Part shown: positions 42,301-51,935 of the stretch, in pieces | Position numbering within the stretch: the stretch's first letter is position 1 | Layout of the letters: each line of letters starts with the position of its first letter | From: Balanoglossus misakiensis | Lineage: Eukaryota; Animalia; Hemichordata | Length of the DNA stretch: 64,000 nucleotides | Direction: 5' to 3' | Assembly: GCA_040954595.2 (NCBI GenBank) | Contig: CM082582.2 | Span: forward strand, 4,138,303-4,202,302 | Program-made: the position numbers and the translations under genes | The notes under the pieces: model-generated | Databases searched by the model: none | What the model was told of the DNA's origin: nothing | Seen by the model: the letters and a program-made list of their open reading frames with translations, nothing else

Positions 42301-45300
42301 GTGCATGTAAAGGTGGTAGCTTGCTTTGGATAAGCAGGAAGTGTAGGAACATGGGTATCAGACTGCCCATGAGTGAACCAAGCAGGTGGATTCAACAACG
42401 TGCGCTAATATTAAGTTTACATTATTAACATGACATAATGGAGAGATGTGCAAATCCAGCTGTACAGGCTTCCATGGCAGTTTATTATCGAACGATGATT
42501 TTCGCCGAGAAAATGTCTTTTGTTTGGCGCTGCAAATTGCTACAAGGTGGAGCAGGTGATTTTTGGCTGTGTGGTGGGGTTCGTAATTGTAGATTGGTGG
42601 GGGAAAACTAATAAGAATGTTGCAAGGTCAGGTTTGAGACTGGAGGGGGGGGGGGGGTATATTGTGTGAATGGGGTCTGCACCTGCATATTTACACTGTT
42701 AGCTGTGTGTGTGTTCAACAAGAATAGAAATGGAGAGTAGGATGGACGTAACATGTTAAACATTGGCATGGGTGCTGATGCGCTCTGCCATTGACAGAAT
42801 AGATAATGATTGCCTCACATTTAGCCTGGCCCTGCTGAGACAAAAGAAGAGTGGGTAAATTGGTTACAGTTTGACAAAAGAGTGGGTTTTTTTTCAGTGC
42901 TGTACGTATAGCGTGGCAGTGTATATACACTGAAGTAGAATTATCTAACAGATGGTGTGAGACTCACATATGCCATGTGGATGGTGTCTGTTCCGAATGC
43001 TCCAATTAAACCTCCAACCGCCAGTTTGCAAATAAATATAAGCTTCCATCCAGGAATTAGAGCTAAAAGCGACCATCCAGGAAAATTATTGTAGATTTTC
43101 TGATACAGAGCTGTTTTTTTTTGGCTGGGTAATTTACACCCAAATCTGTGCAGATGGATGAGAATTTCATTAAGCAATATAATGGATGTTTGGCAGAGCA
43201 ACACCTGATCACAGTTTCTGTTTTCTCATGTACCGCTGTTGGCTACAATGTACATGTATGCTTGGCCTATCACAAATCCCCACTGTACTGCAGTGTAATA
43301 ATACAACGACATTTTTTGTCACTCACATCAAGCTGAATATCGGCGTAAAATTTATGAGAGTCAAGCGATGCGATATTAAACTTAACAGATGGGAGTATAT
43401 TTTGTTAAAAAGAAAAAACAGCCCAGCTAGCAGCCGTCGCATTGTAGAGATTCTGTAGCCATCAAAAAGTAGGGTGCGCAACCCTGTCCCCCCTTAGTGC
43501 AGATGGGAGAATTTACGCGGGCATATACACAGCCAGCACTATGCACGATGAATACCAGCAATAGTCTCACATCTTCTAAACCCGTATGCATTGTCAAGAA
43601 AGGTGCAAGGTGGTGGAATAGTTTGCCAGGGCGCTCATAGCTGCTGGTAAACTAAAGCCTGTATTGGTTAAAGGTTATCAACAATATGCTGGCAATGTTC
43701 GGAAGGGCAAAGAAATTAGACGCAGAGGCAGCTGATTGTCTCTGTGTCAAGCGAATCTTCATTCACCTTTAATATTCACAATTACAAAGAGTACACACAT
43801 TTTCCAATGAAAGTCATAGGGGCAACTGATAAATAAAATCTATCAAAATACAAAGATAACCAGAAAAATAATGAAGATATGATGCCCTAGGGATAGAAAG
43901 TCTCCTAGGGGAGAAGTACAATGGATAGGAAAACAAGTTTAACAGCTTGTATGTAAAAGTAGTAAAAAAGAAAAAAAATTCAAAATAGATAATAAATGTT
44001 AGCTATGAAGCTATAGAGATGCTACTAGATGTCAGCATTGCTTTCCCATCGACCAATTCTGTTAAATTTCAATATACATGTACTAGTTATACAGAAAATG
44101 AAAAATGTGTGTTGAACAAAAGCCTCTATATGGAAAGTAGTTTTTGGTGTGTTTCATTTAAAAAAAATTAAAACGGCTAACGAGAGCACAGCATGTAAGG
44201 GGTTTGTGAATTTCCCACAGGAAAAGCAACTGACAGTGTCAGTGGTGTAGCCATCGGTGATGTCAATTCTTCGACTCTCTGTGTAAAGAACAAATAAAAC
44301 AGGAGGTTGAAAAATTAACCATTATTAGAGGGGCTGTGGTGCAGTATGTTGTGAAACCCACACCTGCAGTTAAACTATAGAAGAAAAGATAGCCATTAAA
44401 AATATGCCGTGAAAATTGAAATGTGTTCCATTTTGACTCAATGACAACTATTTTTAGTTGTAGGTCTGCCACGGTTGTATGTTTACATTCACCTGTTGGA
44501 AATATGGGGTTGGTCTGTGTATATTTTTTAAAAAGGGGTTGATAAAGCCTGCATGTTTGATGTGTCATATCTATGTGTGACTGTGTTTATTGAATTGGTC
44601 TGAGACAGGTGATAGCAAGGACCCTTTTCCCATTTCATAATTAGGTATAAATTATTCAAGTCATCATATAAATGATAGCTTAGTAGGAAACTTTTTCAGT
44701 GTCTCTATGGTTACTTAATTTTTAATTGATAAGGGGAACACCTGCATTTTACCACGTCTAGCCAGCTTGTGTGCAGCACATGCAGTATTACGAACCCTAC
44801 ACAAATACACACAGGCTGTTCTTCCCCCAACGTGTATGCTAGCAGTCTCTCTCCTTTTACTCATTCCACACACAACACATGTAATATAGAGGGCAGTATA
44901 TTACTACTTTCTGTTTGCAGTCTTGAAATTCACAATTTCAACGTACAGGAAAAATTGATGCAGAAAAAAATCTAGGCATAATTGCAAGCAATTTGAAATA
45001 ATTAATGTGTACTTCATATTTCATGGATCTAAATATTGGATATCAAATCTGATCTCAGAAATTAAAAAAAATAGAAATGGATAAAAACTGTGAGGTCAGA
45101 TTGTGTGATACAAAATATGCATATTCACTCATATCATGTATTTCACATTTTAAATTTATGTGATGCAAATTTCTCTTCACTAAGCTGATATTTATATTTA
45201 ATTCTCACTTATTAAAATGATGGTTCCTCAAAACCCTGCATGTCAGGATATCAGCTGCTCATGTAAATATGTTTGATAATGTGAACACAGAATGTTGTCC

Positions 45301-48300
45301 TTATAGACACAAGGGATCTAGTTTGAAAATTGACTGAAGTGGATATGTACATGTGTCTCGTGTCGTGCTGCTATAAATACAGTCGATTGGTGATTGTAAC
45401 AATGGCCAGAACTACGCATGAAACTGTCTATTGTTTGTGAGGGGTTAGCTAAGATTCTGTCAAACATGAGGGCTTGCAACCATGCACTTACTGCAAATGA
45501 CCACCTTTGTTGAATATTCATCAATAAGTCCCTCATCCAGCATTGGAGTGGTGCTGGTACACGACTGCAATGAAATGGGCCTCCAATTGCAAATTTATGA
45601 TTATTAAAACACACTCAAGTGTGAATGCCAGTAGAGGAATAGACAAACACCATCATGTCATCAATTTGAATTTAGACTAGCTGAAATATTGCATGCAAGC
45701 TTTACATAAACTGAATGCAGGTCATAATCTAAATTGACAATATGAAGAGAGGTCTTCAATCTGTCCACATTGCGACCAAAGAATTATTTCAACCAGCAGA
45801 AAAAGAGGGTTCCTTGTAATTAACATAATTATTCACGCAATGTTTGTGAGCGATGGAAAAAAAAATACCCAAGCTAGGTGAATGTTATTATGCAGGTCTG
45901 ATAGAGACATGAAGTTTGCATTTTAAATGTATTTGACAATTTTTTTTTCTTGAATTTTAGGTTCCATTGTAAATGGATTACATTCACCAAACAGCGTGAA
46001 TGGAACACCGTCACCACCAAATTCCATGGCTAATTCTGTCACTGCGAATCAAGAGCTACCGCCGGCGTGCGGCGCTAGGCAGCTCAGTAAATTGAAACGA
46101 TTCCTGACGACACTGCAGCAGTTTGGGACGGATATTTCCCCCGAGATCGGCGAGAGAGTCCGGAGTCTGGTCATGGCTCTTGTGGTGAGTATTTCATTTC
46201 TGTCCTTTTTACCATCCTTCCATCTCTGTGTCTGCATATATGTCCAGTCATTAGTTTCTATACGTAGTTGTCGATCCTGAAGTTACCCTCTCGCCTGGTG
46301 TAGACACTCAGAGTGGGGGGACAATCCCATGATACTTTGCCAAAATCAGAATTATCTGGGTACCCAGTAGAAAACCTACAACCCGGCTAATAATAACCAT
46401 GAGCAAAGAATTGTTTGTGCAAATGCAACCATCTGTCTAGAGATAGCGGTACCCCCTTCTCTTGTAAGGTTAGCAAGATACCCTTCCCTCACCTAGCGTC
46501 AAACAAACAATCTAAAAATACAACTGAAAATTAACAGAATTGAGTTCAAAGTTTAGACCTTGGAACATGAGCTGGAATTGTTGTTGAATTTAACCCCTTC
46601 TCCACTATGGTTCAGTCCAAACCCATTGTTTTCTACAGTAAGGTTGGACCTTTATAGAGGGAACTGGGGGTGAAAGGGATAATAAAATTTCCCTCTTAAG
46701 TCTTTTCATTGTTTCACCATTCCATGGTACCAGTAGTTTATTATGGTCACAACTAATTGATATTGAGTAATCAGAACAATATTACATGCAAGAAATTGAA
46801 TGGTTATGTAAACATTGCATAGTTAAAATTACCCAAATTATCATAGTCGCCAGCAGAAATCATATGGAAGTATCATGAACAAACAACAGGTGAAAACTTC
46901 CATACAGCTATAAAGGTCTAATTTAAATTTAAAACCTTGTTATCTTCACAACATAACGAAACACTGAGAAAGTTGAGTACCTACTTATTTTTTGCATTTG
47001 AGTTGAGGAAAAAATACCTCGAGAGAAATTAGATTTTGATTTTTATTTGTCCTAGTACACAAATTAAGTTCTGTATATATTGTACATATTTCAAAGGTCA
47101 CTGTTCATGTTAATGTAAAGCATTTTGGCACACAAGGCTGGAGGCCTGCAGTGCATTCTGAATAAATTATTATTATTATTATTATTATAAAGGTCTAATA
47201 TTGCTTTAGATATTAAGCAGAATTATATTATACCAGTATATTGATGGTGTAAATCACGCTATTTGATTGGTCGAGACACGACACGTGACCGTGATATATT
47301 AGCCATATACCACAGTCATATATCATAGTTAAAGAAAATGCCTTTTTAAAATGTTTTATGCAAAGTTTCAATATACTGGCATAATATAATAGCAATAAAA
47401 CACCCCCAGCCATGGTATACCACTCGATTTTGACCAGTTCAACTCCATATACGCACTCGCTATCGCTCGTGCGTATATGTCGTGAACTGGTCAAAATCTC
47501 GTGATATACCATGGCTGGGGGTGTTTTATTGCTTAAATATGCAACCAAATTGATATGAAATATTGACCAAAATTTTTGTAGAATTCCGACAGATTTCTGT
47601 AGAATTTTCTTAAGGGATACTTACATTGCATTTGTTGTGCCTACTCAACAGAACAATCAGCTATCAGTGGAAGAATTTCACAATAAACTTCAGGAAGCCA
47701 CCAATTTTCCTCTCAGACCGTTCGTTATTCCCTTTTTGAAGGTGAGTAAGATCTTTCTGTGCAGATATTGATGTGCCTTCTAGATATGAATTTTGTACGG
47801 TCCAAATAGCAACATTACAATATGCCATCAGAAGTACATGTACTATAAATCATGAAACTCATTGCTCACAGACGGACACAAACTTTGGAAACATGAAACA
47901 ATTTCGTCTGGCTCTTTCATAACTCCAAGCACTAAGATTGTATTATCTGACTTACTAACAGTAATAGGAAAGCCACTGTCAAAAATATTAACTTATATGT
48001 ACCTCCTTTTGAACATGTCCATGTGTTCTAAGTATATTTTAATTTGATTGACAGGCTAATCTCCCATTGCTACAACGTGAATTGATGCATTGTGCACGTA
48101 TGGCTAAGATGACACCTCACCAGTATTACAGCCAACATGAACATTTATTACTAGATACCAAAGCATCACCTGTGGACTCATCAGATATCCTTATGGAAGT
48201 CAATGAAAACGGTAAAAGGAGAACACCAGAAAGGTAAATAAGTTAGCAGTCTATAATGAGGTACATGTAGTAAAGACAAACTTTGCCTGTAAAGTTTTCA

Positions 48301-48370
48301 TGGAATCAAGATTTGTAGTAATATTTGTAGGTTACAATAAGGTGATCATCATCATCATCACCACCACAAC

Positions 48371-48420
<50 letters not shown>

Positions 48421-51400
48421 CCACCACCATCATCATCATCATCATCATCGCCACCACAACCATCATCATCTACAATGTATATTCAGAACTTTAGGCCGTT
48501 CTTATCACCATATATAGGCATATGTAAATTATGGATGATTGTCTGCCTGTAAGTTTAAAACATTTTCTTTGTTTGATTGATATACAGAGTGAGTGGCACA
48601 GCTAAAGAGAATGGCAGAGAACCTTTGCAAGAGCAGCATCTGGCCAAACGCCACTGTACAGTCAGTCCCAGCAATGCAAGCAGGTCAAGCCCAAGCAGTA
48701 CCATGAACCACCACGGACCCACAGCGCCACACCCCATCCGCATGGAAGATCTGGCCCATGCTAGAGAGATGAGAGAGCGAGAACTGAGAGAGCGGGAATT
48801 GAGGGAACGCGATCTTCGGGAGAGAGAGATGAGGGAATTCAGATTTGAAAGAGACAGAGAAAGACATCATCCCATTGGTAAGACAACTAACATTATTAGG
48901 TTTATTGGGGGAGGCCCTCTGACATGACTGAACAAACTGGTATGGAATCCACAAATTATAGAACTGTCCACTCCCCTGAGGTCTCTATATTCGTTCACAG
49001 TCTGAGTACAAATAATGAGCAATGACATTTCCAGAGATTTAGTAGGGAGTCAGTAACATAGGCCAACTCATTTTCTTGTGGACCTAAAAATTTAAATTTG
49101 TGATGCACCAGAAGACAATATGCAAATGCATGGTCCTTAAACTCTCTACCCCTTTTCCTTGTATTTGGTTTCACTAATTCTATTGAAAACAATGGGGTTC
49201 AACCATAATGTGGTGTTAACAGGGTGTACGCTCTCTCTCTCTGTTTGATTCCAGCTGCAGGGGGGATACACAATCGTGAGACAATCCATCCATCAACAGA
49301 CTACACAGGGTTTGATGACAGAGTAGAAGATGATTGGAAACATGTAGATACAGTAAGTAGTCACCCAAACTTTCTTATAAAAGATTAGTGGTTTGGACAG
49401 TGTCTTGTGAAAAGATGATTGTGAAAAACCAGTAAATTAAAATATTAATTGAAAAGGGTGAGGTGTGTATATACTGTAAGAGAAGTTGTATCAGCCATGG
49501 TATTCTGTATTGTGTAATATTGTAGTATTAGGCAATCCTGCAATTACACAAGACATATACCGGTACTATCAGTTGTATTTTGAACTCTTTCAGATTCCCT
49601 CCCTCGTCACCTAGACGATGATAAAATCTGAAAGTCCCTGTCATTTCCAGTATCATACGTTGTACTTCATGAATTCCCTTCATAAAATCAATTCATAACT
49701 GGAAATGTTGCTTGTACTTCTAGATGCTGCAATGTATCATGGGAATGGTCGAGAAAACAAAACGTGCAATAGCTGTTTTGCATCAGCGTAGTTTACAGGA
49801 CAGAGAGGAATTAGCATTATGGGTACGCAGACATGCAGAAGGGGCTGAACATGACATGAAGAAACGTGCGGGTGAAATGATGGCTCATACCATCAGACAG
49901 ACGGAGGACAGAGTTTCTGAAGTGAAAAGGAGAGCAGGTAATTCATCATTCTTATTTTTGAACTTAATTAATTAAGGGAAGACCGCTGTTAACACAGTGT
50001 TATAAGAAACCCCCTAAAAAACAATCTGTTGCATCACAGATTACTGTAGCTGGTGAAAGTAAGTGCTTGCCGTGATGTAAATTCTAAATGGTTTCGTTTT
50101 AGCAGATTTTGATTTGATGTGGGTGGATGAAGAGGGAAATTTTACAGATTCATTTCTAGCAGTCTTTTCTTATTTAATTGGAATTATTTGTATCAGAAAG
50201 GAGTTCTCATTTCTTTGACCTGATGTCAGGATACAGTGCATTAAAAAGCAAAATATCTGGTGATATTTGTCAGACTGTGTATTTGATTGTCTACACACAC
50301 TGTAGTGCATGTTTAATAAAAAAAGCACAAACTTGGTGTGTCACATCATGTCATGTCGTTGTGACGTGTCGTGTTGTGTCCAGGCCTGATCAAACACTTT
50401 TCCATTTTGCGAATTTTTTTCATTTCTGGTCAAGGAAACACGTTTGAGCATGTAGAAGCAGTGTTGTAGTCAGGTGCCTACAGAATATTTATACAGATTT
50501 AGACAGCCACTGCTATTTTGATCTGTATTCTAGATTTATATAGCATGAGTGTAATCAGACAGATCTGTACATGTTTTCTGTTATCGTATGTGATAAACTC
50601 CAAATGAAAGAGAGACATTAGCTTTGTAGTAGGTGAAATGTTAGATCCAAAACAAATCGCGATATATTTTGAGATCGTACATTAAAATTATAGCAGATGT
50701 AAAAATTACAGTTAACGTTTTCAGGCAACCAGTATCTATCTTTTTGGTATAAATCTACTACTGTTAGCTACCATGTAGTTTTTCATTAATCTGTAGACTG
50801 AAAATGTGAAAAGGAAATATCAGGGAAGATTGACCTAAAAATTCAAAATATTTTAAATTTAGTCAGTCTATGGTTCAAAGCAGTCATTTTCAGTGTTTCA
50901 ATTGAATTAATGTATTTAGCATGTTGAGCTAGCTTGTTCCAGCATTTAAATTTCAAAAAAGAAGTTAATTTCTTATCTAAATTTGAAGACTTGATGTTTG
51001 GAGCGTGCATTATGGTAATGTTAACATGATGTTATGACTGACGGTCAGTTTTGGTTTCTACAGAAGAAGCTGTGAATGAAGTGAAGCGACAGGCTGTGGC
51101 AGAACTGCAGAAAGCTGTGGCTGCAGCAGAACAGAAAGCCAACGAACTTGTAGCAGCCGAGAGAGCTAAACTGGAGAGGGCAGTGTCCGAGGCCAAGAAA
51201 CAAGCTTACGAGGAAGCCAATGCAACGATAAACAACCAGGATGACACCAGCGAAGTAAGTCTAGGAAATATAAAATCAGATTGCTCAGAACAATATGTTT
51301 TTGCTGTTGCAAGAAGTTTCTCTTTGAATTTAATACTCAAACAGTTTCATTGATATATGCAGAATCTTTGGAACAATTGAAGACAAACATTCAATAATTG

Positions 51401-51935
51401 AAATACTGTAGTATTTTTGCTTACCAGAAGCAAAACTTGAACTGATGAAGTGTTGTTATTGTTGACATCTCACCAAGATCAAGGAATTGTTTGCCTACCG
51501 TAAAAGGTCTCCATGAAATTTTAATAGCCAAATGCAAAACATATGAAACTAGTCGCAGCACATCCCCTTAACAGTTGTCCAATCCCGAAAATGATATTAT
51601 GATGTCACTTAGCGTAGACCGATCCCTCTGCTTCACAGAGTTGCTGGAACTGCGGACGCAAAGCCAACGAGACGTGCAGTGGGTGCAATACAGCCAGATA
51701 CTGCGGTTCCTTCTGTCAGCACAAGGACTGGGAGAACCATCACAGGATGTGCGCTCAAGTACAGGCGCAGCAGCAGGCCGGTTCGGGTGACGCTGCCAAC
51801 CCGGTGACCACCGCCGCCCCCACCACCACCACCACGCCGCCATCCATCGCTACGAGTCCGGCCGGATCCAACGCAAACAGTGCGTCCCGATCGAGTACCC
51901 CAGCACTGGCCAGTGCCACCGAGTCCACGCGTTAA
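12152..51935 (+). CDS. RUNX1T1: RUNX1T1/CBFA2T (ETO/MTG8, Drosophila nervy) family transcriptional co-repressor, 10-exon model, ~660 aa (whole coding span)
   Basis: Spliced translation contains [78 protein letters not shown] (NHR1/TAFH), [20 protein letters not shown] (NHR2), [19 protein letters not shown] (NHR3) and [35 protein letters not shown] (MYND). All introns are GT-AG and phases match (1,1,0,0,2,1,0,1,0); total 1983 nt. Probably co-orthologous to vertebrate RUNX1T1/CBFA2T2/CBFA2T3. The first exon is less certain than the rest. Confidence 0.95.
18142..18349. mobile_element. TA-flanked MITE with TTTTCGCG/CGCGAAAA sub-repeats, copy 2 (opposite orientation)
   Basis: ta|ctgcaaaacactttattttcgcgag...cgcgaa repeated; homologous to 5410-5590. 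Confidence 0.7.
23706..24048. mobile_element. MITE with TTAA target site and AG..CT termini (Kolobok-like)
   Basis: ttaa|agggacatattagctgtaacttt...ttcagtatttttgtt pairs imperfectly with aacaaaatactgaaa...aaagttacagctgatggagct|ttaa. Confidence 0.65.
24190..25345 (-). mobile_element. Decayed, 5'-truncated non-LTR retrotransposon, Rex1/Babar-like reverse transcriptase
   Basis: Minus-strand peptides in RT order: [72 protein letters not shown] and PSGRR. Multiple stops and frameshifts. Confidence 0.88.
26094..26160. mobile_element. 67-bp miniature inverted-repeat element with (T/C)AG..CTA ends (Academ-like)
   Basis: cagcctggtagccatac pairs imperfectly with gtctggataccaggcta; the flanks tgcttgcctac and tacgtgcctac look like a decayed long TSD. 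Confidence 0.5.
41335..41359 (+). CDS. RUNX1T1: Candidate proximal alternative first coding exon (1b): MVSKTERQ
   Basis: ttcATGg context, 25 nt (phase 1), donor AAG|GTTGGT. Splicing to 41758 gives [19 protein letters not shown]. Preceded by a relatively GC/CpG-rich stretch at about 41040-41330. Confidence 0.4.
41758..41925 (+). CDS. RUNX1T1: Exon 2 ([14 protein letters not shown]...TSSGS)
   Basis: Polypyrimidine tract plus tttgttatag acceptor; donor CAG|GTGAGT; MPDSP motif shared with vertebrate MTG proteins. Confidence 0.9.
45961..46184 (+). CDS. RUNX1T1: Exon 3, start of NHR1/TAFH domain
   Basis: ttttag acceptor and GTG|GTGAGT donor; encodes NGTPSPPN...[43 protein letters not shown]. Confidence 0.97.
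46594..46678. mobile_element. Short piggyBac-like MITE (TTAA|CCC...GGG); related inverted copy at about 49150-49225
   Basis: ttaa|ccccttctccac...gggggtgaaaggg|ataa. The internal aaacccattgttttc is nearly the reverse complement of gaaaacaatggggtt at 49184-49199. Confidence 0.5.
47222..47533. mobile_element. Double-hairpin non-autonomous element, copy A (intron 3)
   Basis: IR1 at 47222-47244 / 47368-47390 (23 bp, 1 mismatch), immediately followed by a long hairpin 47391-47533 centred on CTCGctatcgCTCG. Confidence 0.75.
47652..47741 (+). CDS. RUNX1T1: Exon 4, NHR1/TAFH (not in the ORF track)
   Basis: caacag acceptor and AAG|GTGAGT donor; encodes [30 protein letters not shown]. Confidence 0.97.
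48055..48233 (+). CDS. RUNX1T1: Exon 5, end of NHR1 and basic GKRRTP motif (not in the ORF track)
   Basis: tgacag acceptor and AAG|GTAAAT donor; encodes [59 protein letters not shown]. Confidence 0.97.
48345..48470. repeat. (CAT)n/(CAC)n trinucleotide microsatellite in intron 5
   Basis: About 40 interrupted CAT/CAC units between exons 5 and 6. Confidence 0.97.
48588..48877 (+). CDS. RUNX1T1: Exon 6, linker with KRHCTVSP and Arg/Glu repeat
   Basis: atacag acceptor (phase 2) and TTG|GTAAGA donor. [21 protein letters not shown] resembles vertebrate KENGFDREPL..HPSKRPCTISP. Confidence 0.93.
49255..49352 (+). CDS. RUNX1T1: Exon 7, start of NHR2 (not in the ORF track)
   Basis: (CT)n tract plus ttccag acceptor, with an alternative in-frame start at 49261; donor ACA|GTAAGT; encodes [32 protein letters not shown]. 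Confidence 0.92.
49724..49937 (+). CDS. RUNX1T1: Exon 8, NHR2 oligomerisation helix and linker
   Basis: ttctag acceptor and CAG|GTAATT donor; encodes [36 protein letters not shown]...[11 protein letters not shown]. Confidence 0.96.
51064..51254 (+). CDS. RUNX1T1: Exon 9, NHR3
   Basis: ctacag acceptor and GAA|GTAAGT donor; encodes [47 protein letters not shown]...NNQDDTSE. Confidence 0.97.
51639..51935 (+). CDS. RUNX1T1: Exon 10, MYND zinc finger (NHR4), Ser/Thr/Pro tail and TAA stop
   Basis: tcacag acceptor; encodes [38 protein letters not shown] and ends [16 protein letters not shown]. Confidence 0.97.
   Translation, partial: SCWNCGRKANETCSGCNTARYCGSFCQHKDWENHHRMCAQVQAQQQAGSGDAANPVTTAAPTTTTTPPSIATSPAGSNANSASRSSTPALASATESTR

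Noticed and set aside
48300-48494. Poly-Ile (or poly-His) ORF
   Set aside because: (CAT)n repeat inside intron 5; exons 5 and 6 join in frame without it.
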